From the NCBI GenBank assembly GCA_001179505.1, contig CDMY01000370.1, positions 33,513 to 97,512 on the forward strand: DNA of 64,000 nucleotides, given 5' to 3'. Both the position numbers and the translations under genes were made by a program. Shown in pieces: positions 1 to 13,833 of this stretch. This DNA comes from Vitrella brassicaformis CCMP3155. Lineage: Eukaryota; Protista; Chromerida. Below the pieces are notes generated by a model, which was not told where the DNA came from, did not search any database, and was given only the letters and a program-made list of their open reading frames with translations. Positions within the stretch are counted from its first letter, which is position 1. The number at the start of each line of letters is the position of its first letter.

Positions 1-236
1 TTGGTGAATCGCACCCGGACGCCCACACAAAGATAGGAGAAACGGCATCATGAACGAAGAAGCGAGGTACCAGATAGCCAGATATTCACGCATGTACGTA
101 TGAATGTACATTTGTAAGTCAACTAGCGCAGCAAAAAGAGCCTCCCTCTGCGTGCCCCCTTGTGTACACGAATGCATACCACGCATGCATCCCTCCCTCC
201 CTCCCTCCCTCATCCATCCATCCATCCATCTATCCA

Positions 237-2100
237 TCACTCCTCATATCCCGACGGCTGTGCCTCATAAAGCACATCAGCCGGCACCCGATCCATCGCA
301 GCAGCCAGTGGGGAAGGCGGCACGGGCATCCGCCGCTCCGCAGGCCCAGACGACGCCGATGCCGTACTCTTGGGCCGGGACTTTGCCTTGCCCCTCTCCT
401 GCTCCTCGCTCCTGCTCCTGGCTGGCACAGGGGCCCCGGCTCGGGTGCCCTCGGACGATGACAGCTGCCGCGTCGAGAGGGCCGTGTACTCGCCGATCGA
501 TGGCGTGGCGTTCATCGTTGCCGCTGACGTGACCCGACGACCAGCCGGGATGGGATGGACAGGCTCGGTGCTGGCCGGTGCAGCTCTGGCGGGCGGCCAT
601 GGGCAGTGCCCCCCTCCGCCCCTCTCAGCCAGATACGGGTCGACGTCTGCCTCCCTCTGTGACGGAAAATGGTTCCTGGGAGGCCGCTTGGACTGCCTGT
701 GCATTGGGAAGGGGGGAAGGAGCGGCGGCGCATGAGGCTGAGAAGTCGGGTAGGGGGGCGAGGGCCGCTCGGGCGAGCCAGACTGCGACGAGAATGACCG
801 GTCGTAGAACGGCCGATCTGGAACTAGAGGACAGGGGCCATAGCCGAGTAATGGCGGAGAGCCACACGCGAAGGGAACTGTGGGGGCGGGAGGGGGGTGG
901 AGAGGGTAGTAGGACGAGTACGGCGGAGGGTTGGGCACGCGAGCGTCGTACATGACAGGACACGGCCCCATCAAAGACATGGGAGAGTTGGCAGCAGAGA
1001 GCGGTGCCCGTGTCCAGGGGTACGGGGGAATGCTCGGAGCCGGCAGCATCTGCCCAAATGACACAGATGGACCCAGGTCCCTCTCGAGAGCCGAGAGTGC
1101 CGGTGGGAAGATGGGGGAGAGCAGCTGGGGCGACGGGGGCGGCAGGGAGGCGCTCACGGCCCTAGAGGTGGGGTAGACAGTGCCGCCCGTCATGGGGAGT
1201 GGCGGCTGCGACTTCTCCTGCAGCAGCTGCTCGACGCTCTTGCCCTCCTGCCGGGCACGCTTCTCCAGCTCAGTCCGGCGATATCTGTGGACAATGAATG
1301 AACCAGACCCAGACAGATCGACACATGCCCGGCGACCGACGCGAGAGCCACCTGTGCGTTCACGTGCGCTAGCTCACCTTCTTGTCCGCAGGTCTGCGTC
1401 GCCGTGTGCGTGCCGGCATCTGTCGCCCTCTGGACAGTAGCCGGCCTTCCAGTACTTGCAAATGGACGTCCTGAAGAGAGAGGAGAGGGCAGGCAGGGAA
1501 ACTTGTTGTTGTGTGTGTTTGGGTGCGTCTGAGTGAGTGAGTGACTTGCTTGAAGTAGTCGTCGGTGGCTCGCAGCTCTTGCTCTCCGTGCGCAAACCTG
1601 ATTGGCGGACAACACAGCAGAGGGAAATGGGAAACGAGCCCTGCATATCTCCCTCTCGTGCCCACTCACTTGCAGTGTGCAGAGTCCCGAGGACACATAC
1701 CCTTGAGAAACGCGGTACACAGCCGCGTCCTGGAGCAAAATCGCAAGCAGAGAGAGCGACGGTGGATCAACCAGCGACAGCGAGCTGCGCTTCCTAGTCT
1801 GACTCACTTCTGCAGGTTGGGCGGTGGGCGGAGCTCTCTAGCGTCGTGGGCGAAGAAGCACCGCTCGCCCCGATAGCAGTCGCCCTTCGCGAAGAAGGGA
1901 CACATCTTGGTCTTGTAGAACTGAACGAACGCAAACGAACAGAACACACAAGGACACATACACATCCAGCACACACACTCATTCATTCACTCAGTGATTG
2001 CTGTCGTACGTACCTGGTCCACGACCACACCATCATCTCTCTCATTGAGAGTGATAGATGACGCAGCCACAGGAACCGCCCCGGCACTCATCAGCACCAT
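237..2100 (-). CDS. Tandem CCCH zinc-finger protein (2 x C3H1) with long Pro/Ser-rich C-terminus; 4 exons
   Basis: Spliced exons read MVLMSAG...VVDQ|FYKTKMCPFFAKGDCYRGERCFFAH...|KTSICKYWKAGYCPEGDRCRHAH...|RYRRTELEK, which runs into ORF 237..1193. GT-AG junctions keep the frame. The 3' end could splice further. Confidence 0.85.
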
Positions 2101-2715
2101 TCAATCCACCTCAGCCAGCCATCCACAACACACCCCACACACCCGCCAGTGGAACTCACTCACTCGCCCGACAAATACTCACGGAAGTAAGGACGACAAT
2201 TAGGTAGGCATAGGCAGACAGACAGACAGACCCTCAGAAACGCACTCACTGACGCAACCAGGCAAGCAAATACTCGCACACGGCAGACACTCACTCACTC
2301 ACTGACAGACAACCGGATCAAAACACAGATGGATGAATCAAATCACGTGGCTCATACGGCAGGCGCTCAGTCTCTCTGTCAGCGCAGTGCCGAGGCGGGG
2401 GATGAGAGGGAGAGCAGCTCAGGAGAGAGAGAGACTGACCAACCACTTGAAAGCAAGAGCACTTTGAAACGCGCCTCACAAATCGACTCCGCCGGTATTT
2501 GGCGACTCGGTTGCTGCGTTTGAGACTGTTCAGGTCAGCTCTTTTGCTTCCGCTGTTGGCCCAACTTCTGCGAGCTCAACCCTCCTTGTGATGCGAGCTC
2601 ACGATCTTGAAGACAAGAAGAAAAACGACGCGCAAGAGGACGGTGGAGCCTGCCTGCAGAGCGTGCTTGATGAGCTTGGAAGGATGGTGTGTGCACCGAT
2701 GATGACGCTTGAGTG

Positions 2716-3273
2716 ATGGGTCTTCCTGGACTTGCCGTTCACGAGGCACGGTGCCTCTTTCGCGAGATCGTTCGCCTCCATCAGACCAAACTGCCCGAGA
2801 AGATGGTCAGTCAGATGCACCACACCGCCGCACTCATCAACTACTCCCTCATCAGAAGACACCCGAACTGCCACGTGGCTGTCTGTCTTCTGTGTGTGAA
2901 TGTGCTCATCAGAGGGGCCTGGGCGATGCCTTCCTGAAGCGTGAGTTTCGGCAGCATCTGTTCGGCGGCACGTGCACGCCCAGACAGTTCGAGATGTTCA
3001 TGGCACACTGGCGCAAGTACGGGGCCACCATACGCCGGCAGGAGAACGTCATCGGCAAGAAAATGATGAAAACAGAACGGGAAAAACTCAGCGAAGAACA
3101 AAGGTGGGCACCTGGCCAAACAAACAAACAAACAAACAAACAAACACACAGGCAGGCAGGCAAAACGGCGGGAAAGGCAGACCCTCACTGTGTGTTGTGT
3201 GTGTGGTCACAGGCGGCAGTACGACAAGCTGAGGCGAGCTGTTGCACGCGAAGCGGCAGAGAAGGAAACATAG
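2716..3273 (+). CDS. SDHAF3: Succinate dehydrogenase assembly factor 3 / ACN9-like LYR protein; 3 exons
   Basis: MGLPGLAVHEARCLFREIVRLHQTKLPEKM|RGLGDAFLKREFRQH...FMAHWRKY...SEEQR|RQYDKLRRAVAREAAEKET*. It matches the LYR-like start and the ACN9 'LGD.(Y/F)(V/L)K.EFR.H' motif. Confidence 0.75.
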
Positions 3274-3605
3274 TGACTGACGGGATGGATGGATGGATGG
3301 ATGGACTGATGCTTTTCTATTGTCGAGGAAGTGAGATGGATGCCTGGAGTGAGCGGTGGGGCCGTGTACAGAGAGGGATGGAAGGCCAAACTGACCGGTG
3401 TGCAGCAGATCTATCATCTTGTGCCTTGCGTATCCATGTATGTAATTCGGTTTATGAACGGACAAGTGACCAATGTGGTCGTGTGAACTGAATGGTCATG
3501 TGTACAGATATGGTCCGTGTGCCACGTCAAACCATGCGCCAGGCTACTGATAGAATTCTGCTCTGGTTTGCTGGTTGATGCGGTGGTTGAGGTCTCGTAT
3601 CTTTT

Positions 3606-6600
3606 CTATAACGATATCGAGACTCTGCGCCTGCGATAGGTACTCCAAACACTCCTGTTGCAGACATCCGCAGACGACACAGGGCACGCACATTCACCAA
3701 TGTGTGTGTGTGCCCTCTGTTTATGATATACCTTGATGTTTGCGGCGTTCATCTCCACACAATTCTCCTTGTACGTCGCCAAAGTCTGCATCCATCCATC
3801 CATCCATCCATAACATCTACACCGCTTGAAAATGTCTCTCCCGCCTGCTGTCCACCCCACCTGCAGCAGGTATAGTCCGTTAAGTGTGAAGTCCGAGCTG
3901 GTGGTCTCCCTGAGGTCGGCGATGAGGGTTTTGATGACGAACTTGCCCACGCGCTGCTTCGTCTGCCAGTCGTTGGTGCACAACTGACGCAACGCAAACA
4001 ACACCTGCAACGAAGCGGCAACAGCAACACAAAGAGTTCGTTCCGTGTTTATGCTTGTGCCGGTGATAATGCGTTGACCGACCTTTCCCTTGAGTGGCGC
4101 GCTAGGTTTGCTGTTCTGGAACATGTACAGGAGACACTCTATCGTCGGATACCTATGCGCATGCATGAGACAGACAGCAAGTGCATCTCGACCAGTCGAT
4201 CAGCTCATGTCACTTGACTTTGGCAGGCCTACCCCCGCTTGCTGAGAAGCACCCTGGAACTCTCGTCGTTCCCCAGCTGACTGCACGCATGAAGCGTAAG
4301 GACCCATTGGACAGACTGTACGTGTGTCTCTATGTCTGACGCCATCCATCGTAGGTACCCTATGAGTGAGGACAGATGCGTGAGGGTCTTGTGCTTGTGC
4401 ATCTGGTTGTACGTCGACTGCAGTCATTGCACGCACACACACAGCAGCAGCAGTGAATGCCCCTGGCTGCACATTGATTGCACAGCCAGCCCTCTTCCTC
4501 ACTGTCAGTATGTCGATGGTGATCGGGATCAAACCTGATGAGGCACAGACATACACACATCACATATGCACACGCATATCCAACGCATGTAGAGGGTCTG
4601 TGTCTGTGTACCAGCCGCGCAGCAGGCCGCCCTGTGGTGCACGCTTTTGGTCAGGTTGACCAGCAACGTCAGCGTGTACTGGATCAAATCATCCTCCTAC
4701 CAAGCAACACACAGACATACGTGTAAGTGTATCTATGAGTGTAGTCATCGCCGGACGGACCTTCGATCGCAGGTTTTCGACACAGCTCTGAGCAGCCCCA
4801 GACGATATGAGGACATTCTGCGGACAACGGAGAGAGGAGTAAAGTCACGGACGCACGTGTTTGCTCTGCGTGTCAGTCACCTTGATGGCGTCGTTGGCGG
4901 CGCTCAAATTGGTGAGGGCCGCCGTGGCATAGGTGGCCAGGAGGGGCGTGGCGGTGCGCATCAGCCCCACGAGGGCAGGCGTGATCACGCTCAGATACTC
5001 CTACACAAAAGTGGCCACAATCGCTCACACCAGGCTCTGTGAGGGATTTGCCTGCCCACCTGCGACACGTTTTGTTGCGATTGATGCAGCACCTGTCGGC
5101 AGATGGCTGCCTTGAGGCTGGACGAGCAGGGCGAGTTGAGCAACACGGCAAGCAGATTGGCGTACCCACCGTCAGCACTGACACACATCACCCACACACC
5201 AGCGTCATGGGATGTATTGCATTCCATCTCCCCTTTGTGTGTAGTGAGAGTGCTCACGAGCTCTTGTGGAAGAGCTTCTGCACGTACTGCGACTCCAACA
5301 TGACCTGCATGGTCGACACAGCCACGGGTGTACTTGTGGCGTTGTCTGATCGACAATAGATGGCCGCTGACCGTGAGGACGCTGTCGTTGAAGCAGTAGT
5401 CGGTGCCGAATGTGGCCTCCTTGACGGCCTTGACCAGCGATGTGCTGTAGAAGGGCTTCAGCATGTCGCGTGGACGCAGGTGTAGCAGGAAATCCAACAC
5501 CTGACGCAGTTTCTGCACTCAATACAGCACAGAACACAGCCCTCCTTGTATTTGCGTGTCTCTGCATGTGATGGGTCTCTGTCTGTCTGTCTGTCTGTCT
5601 CACTGTCTGTCTCACTTTGTCCGCTTCCGTGCCCACTGCTCCGACCGAGTCGCAGACATCAGCTAACGAGAACTTGCCGCCTGGAAAAGTGAGCACAAGG
5701 TTAGCTTGTGTGTGCGTGTATGTGTGTGCGTGTATGTGTATGCACCTAGAAGGCCGCCATCGACTGCATATGCGAGGTATCTGGCTACGCGCATGACCCA
5801 CTCGTTGCGATAGATCTCCATGTCCTCCGTCTCGTCATGAGGATCCAAACCTACACACATCACACACAACACACACAACACACACACACACACGAGACAG
5901 ACACTCATGCCTGCCGCCCCCACCCATTTGCCCACCGAGCTCCTCGCCGCTTCTGACGATGTCGTCCTTGACCACCAGCGGATCTGACACCACCGGAACG
6001 CCATCCAAATCAACCGTCAACAACTCTGACACACAGAGGCAAAGGAAGGTAGAAAAGCCGAGTGCTGCACACGTGCGTCGATTGATGGCTGCTTTGCTAC
6101 CTGGTGTGGTGAGCACGTTTTCGTTCTCCATGATCTTGAGGATGGATTTGAGGAACACCCTGGCCTTGTCCGCTACTGACGGCTGCACTCAGCCGACCGG
6201 TCAAACACACAGAATGCTGATGGAATGCATTGATGCGATGCATTTCGTTGCTGTGTGTCACCCACCTGCAGTTTGAGCCGTGTGCTGAGCCACTGGAAGC
6301 CCTCCTCGTTGAAGCTGAACACACACAAACACGCATGACAGGTGTGAACGAATGACGTCTGTTACGACTCACAGAAGGGCATTCAGCTTCGCTTCGACCA
6401 TGTCACGATACCTGAGGAAAGAATGAATACACATGATGTTGTATCGGCACGTGGGTGGGTATGTGGATATGATACCCACCAGACGTGTTCCTGGGTGAGC
6501 GTCGCAAACAAGTCTGCGGCCAGCCGGCACTCGTTGACCAGATCCTCGTCCTGCACAAACCCATCTGACACACCGACCGAGATAGCATCCACAGCCCATC

Positions 6601-8400
6601 GATGAATGAATGAATGAATGGATGAATGTAGTGCGTGGCTGCCCACCTCTGATGTTCGAGTTGTCTACGCGGAAGACGATAGCGAAGTCCTGGGCCGTGT
6701 CCATTAGCGGAGGAATGTCTGATGGGGACAGATACACGGAATCACGGGCAAAGGGGTGCACATGTGAGTGGGTGCGTGATGCACCGTACGTTGCCTCCTG
6801 AGCAAGACGCAAAAGATGGACACGTCATTGTGCGGCTCGCGGCACTGCAGAAACAACTGACGAACGAATTGACGGACGGACGCACAGACAGAGGAGGGAC
6901 ACACAGGGAAAGGAGACATTCTCGACCAAAGGAGGGATAAATGCGTGGCGAGTGGCTTGCTGTCTGCCTGCGTGCATACCTCCCAGCCCATCCAGGTGGA
7001 GATGTCGTCCGCCAGGTTCATCTTCTTGTAGTAGGCGTTGTTCTTGACCACAAAGAAATGCTTCATGTTCTCCTGTCAAGGGCACACACATACACACACA
7101 GGCAGATAGCCATGTTGCCCTTTCCTTCCTTGCTCCCCTCTCCGTACCGACCGTACCGTGAGTGCCTGTTTGTACTCCATGGCCACCCACCGGATGTGGT
7201 CGCGCTGAATCTGACGATACACACAGACAGACAGACAGGCAGCAACAAGGAGGATGTCGGTTGATGTGACTGGGGTGGTTGCTTACCTCCTCCAGATGGT
7301 ACAGCGGGAGAGGGTCGTGCACGTGCAGCGACACGTAGATGCCTGACAAACACGCAGACAACTAGCATCCACCCTTCCTTCCTTCTGTGTGTGGCAAGCT
7401 TACTGACCCCTCTCTGAGTCTAGGTACATGCCCGTGTCCTTCGCTGACACCGCATTGGCGCGATCTGCAACACGGCACCAAGCGACGTGCGCAGGTGTAT
7501 GTCCCATCTATAAGGACCACCGGCTGACCCATGAAGGATTGCTTGAGGAAGAGGCTGTAGCCCTCGTACCGGACCTCCTTGTACCTGTGCGTGAACGAGC
7601 GAACGAACGATGCCAGGATGAATGAATGGGCATCAGGTGTGGGCACGGCCATCTATCTGTTCCGACCGACCCTTCGAATGGTTTGACTCTGGGCAGCTCC
7701 TGCTGGCGGCCCTCCTCCATCAAAGGATGCTTGAACCGGGGAAACACACACACCTGCAGGCACAACATACATAGCACAGCACGGGTGTGTGTGAAGCCAT
7801 CTCCTTGTGTGTGCCGCTGGCTGTCGTACCTTTCCGAATCTGAACATGTAGTCGGTTTGCCATGCGACCATGATGAAGTCGACGAGGGCCTCGCGATTCA
7901 AACTACTCACAAACAGCTTCTCGCTCTGCCACTCAGGCGGCTGACACACACCACACAGAGAGAGAAAAGAGAAGCCATTCCCGCCATCCATCCATCCAGC
8001 TCCCCTTCCGTCCCTCCCTTTCTCACCCTGTCCTTTGAGAGTATGAGTAGGAACTCCGTGCTGTTGGTGTCCTCAACCAGCTTCTCTACGTGGGCGAAGA
8101 ACAGCTGCCCGCCACGGATCAACTTGGACATGTTGCGCTGGAGGAAAAACACCGCTGACAGACAGACAGACAGAGAGAAAAAGGATCCATCTGTCCACCC
8201 ATCGCACAAAGCAAGCCATACACATCGATGGATGCACCATCTGCCAACGCCCATCCGTCTGTCGGAGAGCTACCGTGTTTGCCGACGCACATGTAGACTT
8301 TTTTGCTCCTTCCCATGAATTTGAGGGTGACGAGGTCGAAGTACCGCAGCTCCGACTTGGTCTTGAGCGCCAAAGGCGCCAATATCGCCAGATCTGTCAT
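3606..8400 (-). CDS. Large multi-exon hypothetical protein (more than 15 exons)
   Basis: Chain of coding-like exons between microsatellite introns: MTDLAILAPLALKTK..., AVFFLQRNMSKLIRGG..., KHFFVVKNNAYYKKMNLADDISTW, ARVFLKSILKIMENENVLTTP, LRQVLDFLLHLRPRDMLKPFYS, LQVLFALRQLCTNDWQTKQ. No family recognised. Confidence 0.7.
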
Positions 8401-8496
8401 GATTGTAGGACCACTTGACGAGCTAAGCTCGCATCAACGTGTTTACAAGACAATCAGTTGTTCCCTGAGTTAAAAGGCTTTTAGCACCATGCAGCA

Positions 8497-11400
8497 ATGC
8501 CCTCCATGCGCATGGTTGCACTGACAGTTGTGTTGTTCATTGGCTACATCTGCTTAGGCAGTGCATTCGTCTTCCCTCGCTGGCTGCAGCGCCGAAACGC
8601 ACACAATAGACGAAGATCCCACCATCCCACCCTCCCCTACTCCTCTCTCTCTAGCCATGGGAATGGGCACTTGCCCAATGACAGGGAGAAGAACGGCGAC
8701 AATGGCCAGCACGGCAGTCGACCAGCAGCGGGGGATGGCGCGGGTCCCGTGTATGACGCGCCTCTTCGCAGTGAGCGGCTCGTGAGGCGTGTCGGGCAGT
8801 TCCTATACAAACACAAAGGTCAGCACACAAAAGCATGGTTTTCCTGTTTGCTCGATGAGTGCTTGTTTTCCTGTCAGTCCCGTTTCGCTCATACCACTCT
8901 TCGTCTTCTCATGGCTTTGTTGGCCACCGTGCGCCACCCTCCCCTCCTCTCACCGAAGACACCGTCCCCGAGCCGCCGCCCTCTTTTCCCCCACCCAACC
9001 ACACATTTGAGTCGGCAAGCCCACAGGCCATCGAATCGTCGATGCCCGACGGTTCGTCAGACTCGGCCATGTGGGTTGTGCCGGCCATCCCTCTCAACTG
9101 GCCACACCAACACAACGAAGGGAGTAATGAGCAGCCGGGACCGTCTGATGGGATGGCCGGGGATGGAGTCAGATGTGATGAGCTGAACGGCGCCAGCTGT
9201 CTTCGGCATAAGGGGTGTGCGCTTGTGGGCGATGCGTGCCTCGACTGGCAGGCGGTCAACATCACTTCATGCGACGACGTGACCCGCCTCAGCCGACACA
9301 CACTCAAGTGCAACCCTTCGTCCACAACCTCATCCCCACGGGGGCTTCCAGAAGTCAATGAGACAGCAGCACGCCGGCCGTCAGCACCCCCACCACCAGC
9401 AGATGGCGACGTGCAGCACTCTCATGCTGCCAATGAGAGTGGTGCAGCGGCCGAGGAGAGTGATGTGGATGCCTTAGAGGCGGAGGAAATTGAAGAGGAT
9501 ACCGACAAACCTGGTCAGTCGTAAGTACTGACGGGAAAAGACAATCGCTGACGGATGTTTGTTGTGTCCGTCTTTGGTCAGACTACTGTGCAGTGATGTC
9601 ATCCCTGCAGCCAGTGGCCTCCACCATTGACAGTGACCACTTCATGGGCCTCGGCGAGCACTTCACAGACATACAGGGATGCTACAAACCCATATTCTCA
9701 CTACCAGTACGCTCACACACACGCAGGGAATGCCATGGTGACATCACATGCAAGGATACCGCCTCTCGGTTCCCCCCTAGGTTGGCATCTTACCTTCCAA
9801 CGCAGGCGGCATTCTTCGTGTTGTGGCCGTCATCCGCACACGCGTCGAGTCCCCCACCCCAGCCGTCCAGACAGCCATCCGACTGCTCAACAAAGCCAAC
9901 CCCCTGTTCCTCGTCCAAGAGGCCACTAGCAGACGCCAACAGCATCAGCAAGCACCCTCACGCCTTCATCTGGCCCTTCACGTGGGCACTGCTGATGGCG
10001 GCGTGGCATATGGGGTGGAGCTGCCGTCTGCGGGAGAGGAGATGGTTGGGGACGTGCGGTTCATGGCTGGGGAGGGGTCTGTGGAGAGCGATGTGCCGAT
10101 AGAGGTGACAGAAATGGTGGAGGAGACATATAAACAGAAGGGCGACCTTGACAGCAAGGGAAAGCCCTGGCGAACAGCATTCATGGTACGCACCATGCAC
10201 ATTGTGCACCGTACAAAGGATGATCTTTTCCCAATTGCTTTTCCCATTTGCCTATGCCCCCCACACACACAGTTATCTCCCGCCGACGGCCAGGTCCGTG
10301 TCTCTCTGCGGAGGGGCTTTGGAGGCTACGCACATACCTTTGCATTAAAGAAGGGAGCGCTCAAAGGCCCAGCATCCGTCCGGCTGATCGGCATCTCAGG
10401 GGCAAAGCCAGGTGACATCGGCACATCACGTCACGGACATGCATGATCATGCTCTCTTTCAGTAAGTGGCGTGACTGTCGAGTCGCTTGACGCTGAGGTG
10501 TCTCCGTGTCTCAAGCCTCTCCCCACCCAAGCCCCTTCACCGCCCCCTCTCCCCCCACCAGATACAGACATGGAGCCCAATTTCGACGCCGTCGACCGCG
10601 ACAGCAGAGGCGACGGAGAGGAGCCCACAGATCCAGAGGCCGACAAAGAAATCCCTACTGAGGAAGAAGGTAAAAGGCGAGTTTGTCCATGGCAGTATTT
10701 TCATTCTGTGTATGTGTGTGTGTGTGTGTGCGTGTCTAACCTCTGTATGCAGATTGCGTCCATTGCGGTCAGCTGATGGCCTGCATCGATGGGTGCGAGG
10801 GCGGGCCGACAGCCAAGAGCCCCGTGTGCCTCCAGCGGTGCTATGACGAATTTCTCGAGGACGAGGGGCTGCACACATATGACTACGGCTGGAAGATGGA
10901 GCTCGACACGACGCCACAACCACTCGCCGAGACCACCACCACTGCACAGCCGACACCTGCAGCTACGACGGCCCTCCCGCCGCAGCAGCCGGGGGCTCCT
11001 GTGGCCCCCGTGGCACCACCACCACCACCACCGGCGCCCGTGCCAGGAGCAGCTAACCCTCCCGTGCATCCAGCACCAGCCGCCCCAGTCAACCCAGTGC
11101 CGCCTGCTGCTCAGCCAGTCGAAGATACCAACGTGACCCAGCCATTGGCGCCCACACCTCCATCTCCAAGCCCCGTGGCGCCCGTGCTCCCGCCCCCACC
11201 TCTGCCACTTCAGCCGTCCAATGCGGCGGGCAATGAACCGCCAGTCGCTGCCCCTCCAGTGCCCCTCACACCCCCACAGCCTGTTCTGCCCCCAGCCAAC
11301 ACTACCCCTCCCTCTCCCCTCCCGCCGATCGCCCCTGTGGCCCCTGCTGTGTCGAAGACACCACAAGGACCAACATATGAGGAGGGCACGTCAGTCCCTC

Positions 11401-11921
11401 CGGCGTCGAGCGAGGTGCCTCCTGGTGGGGGATCGACGACAGGGGTGATAGAGGGTGAGCTCGTGACCACCACGACCACCCCTGCACCCACTACACCGCC
11501 GCCTGAAGAGGTGTCTCCCGTGACGATACCTCCGCAGCTGGAGCAGCAGATGGAAGAACTCGACAGAGGTACGTTGGCAGAGACAGGGATGGGGAAAGTA
11601 TATGCCACGGCGTGTCTCCTTGCAGCCAACGAGTCGGTGGCAGACAGGATGGAGGAAGAGAAAGAGGAGCTGAAGGAGGAAGGTAAAGGCAAAAGACACT
11701 AGAAATCACCAGGAGCCGCACAACCATCCTCGGTGTGTGTGTGTGTGTCCGTTGTTCATGCAGCAGAGAAGGCACTGGATGAGGCGGAGAGAGCGGTGCA
11801 GGGCACCACAACGACAGTCGTGCCCATCGCGGCTGATATCGAGTCGGCCAGCCCCTCACCATATATGACGAGTGATATCATGACGACTTTCGGTCCAGCC
11901 AACACAGAGGGACCATCCTGA
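8497..11921 (+). CDS. Secreted multi-exon protein with Cys-rich modules and a long Pro/Thr-rich (extensin/mucin-like) region
   Basis: N-terminal hydrophobic signal MVALTVVLFIGYICLGSA. Cys clusters CDELNGASCLRHKGCALVGDACLDW and CGQLMACIDGCEGGPTAKSPVCLQRCYDEF. Pro-rich ORF 10776..11702. Last exon ends GPANTEGPS*. Confidence 0.65.
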
Positions 11922-12625
11922 CTAGTGACATGTACATGAATGGCACTGTGTGCATATGACAATGACAATGACAATGACAATGACTTGGTGACACTGAAGG
12001 CGCATGTCATCGCATCGACAGCGGATTATTATGGGAAGGATTCACATACAGGCGATTCATTCATTCACGTAGGCGTATTGTCCCGAAGAGTCGAAGACGC
12101 TGCCACGCAAACAGCCACAAACAGCCACACACAGCCACACACACACGCACACACACACACACACGAGACACCAACCTGCCGACACTGCTGCCGCTTTGCT
12201 GACATCTGCGTGTCCGTATTGGTCCTTTACTGAGCTATCGTCTCAGTAAACACTCACTCAGTCAATACACCCCACAACGAGAGAGAAACAGACGGGCGGC
12301 CAGACAGACAGAGACCCATCAGGCACAACACGTGTGTGTGCACGTATGTATGTATGTGTGCGAATGTGCGTGTTTATTTCGTGGTGGATGGACCATGGTG
12401 TGGATGCCCTGTGGACCCAATCGACGCGTGTTTTTGCGTTCTGTGTTCTTTCTTACCGGCAGTGACAATGCACGTGAGTCAGGGTGAAATCGGCAAGCCA
12501 CCATGCATACGTGCGGGAGTCACTATGCACAGTACCACACATGCATACACACAGCCCTCGACCAGTCATGACCCACTTAAGGCAGCCTGTACATCCATCC
12601 CTCCCTCCCTCCCTCCCTCCCTCCT

Positions 12626-13500
12626 AATGCCGTGGCAGCGTCGCGTCTATACCGCTCTCCCAAAGGCGATGGCCTCCATCAAAGGCATTATCACTACAGG
12701 TACCTACCTACATCCACACACATGGATGCAGCCGGCGGCCAAGCTGACATGTGTTCGTTTCGGTGCGGTGTGAACACACAGAGGGTGGACGTAGATGAGG
12801 CCATCTCTGTCTGCAGTGTGACCCTCCCTCCATCGCACCCGCATGGGGAGAGCGTCGCGATGCCAATACGCATACGCGTCGTCTGCACAGCGCAACGAGG
12901 CCACATACCCATTGTTGTATGGCGGGATCTCCCGTATCGCACGCACCTCTTGATGGGCATCCTCGCCGTCACAGCGACTCTAGATACTTGCGCAACCACG
13001 TGACCTCGAAATCCACACATATCTCTCTATGGCTGAGAGGACCCTGAGGCTCGGCCCAGGGCTCCACGGCCATGCTCACCCCTACGGCACGCGCCTGTGG
13101 TTGGTGAAAACACCACAATGGATGCAACAGTCAGTCGGCCTCGTTTGAGCCTCATCTCTCCTGTGCCAGCCGGCATGGCATCTGAACGAAACACCGCAAT
13201 CCGATGAGAGTGTATCAGGGACGGATGAGATGAGGATGCATCTTCACCTCGACGAGGTGGATCTCATCTCGTCGATGCTCTCCGAAGCCATACCTTGAGC
13301 CATACGAGGGGGAGATCTGCATCCGTGCTCTTGCTGTCGAGACTGGGCCCCCTGCATGCAAAGAGGTGGCGGACGAGGGGCTACAGGAACTCTCTGAAGG
13401 CGTACAACAGCCACTGCAGACGTTCGCATTACTCTCGGTGAGCAGCCCGTGGCCCTAGTCGACCGAAGAAGAGAGGAGCTGGAGGCGCCTTTCGTGCATC
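12626..13500 (-). pseudogene. Possible decayed coding remnant
   Basis: ICVDFEVTWLRKYLESL* (TGA at 12969-12971) continues after a 1-nt shift as DGEDAHQEVRAIREIPPYNNGYV..., then a GT-AG intron and ...HPL|DNAFDGGHRLWESGIDATLPRH*. Upstream frames contain stops. Confidence 0.3.
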
Positions 13501-13833
13501 ATGGGATGTGTTGCTGTGTGTTGTGTGTCGCAGGTTGCATTGAATGGACCGTTCTTCGCGTCACTTTTGACGTGCGCGTCAAACGTCACCTGACGGGCGC
13601 GGCAAGTCAGAGGAAAGGTGACTCCTCAAGCAAGATGAAGGGAACGATGCACTGACTGTCGCTGTGCTCCTTTGAGTACTGTCTGCAGCCCGCTCGTATC
13701 TACCATCGTACCATCGTACCATCCTATCGTTCGTTCGGGAGCAAAGCAGCGAAGGTAACGACGCACACAGACACTGTCAGACATACAGTCAGTCAGACAG
13801 ACAGACAGACAGACAGACAGACACAGACGCTGA

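Noticed and set aside
10755-10860. Violaxanthin de-epoxidase call for the Cys cluster
   Set aside because: Only loose Cys spacing matches, and no lipocalin core follows.
11956-11985. (ATGACA)n and similar short tandem arrays
   Set aside because: Simple microsatellites with no unique spacers, so not CRISPR-like.
12640-12697. Minus-strand MPLMEAIAFGRAV resembling the GT4 glycosyltransferase 'EAMA.G.PV' motif
   Set aside because: It is isolated, ends at a stop, and is out of phase with the upstream exon; no other GT4 motifs are present.
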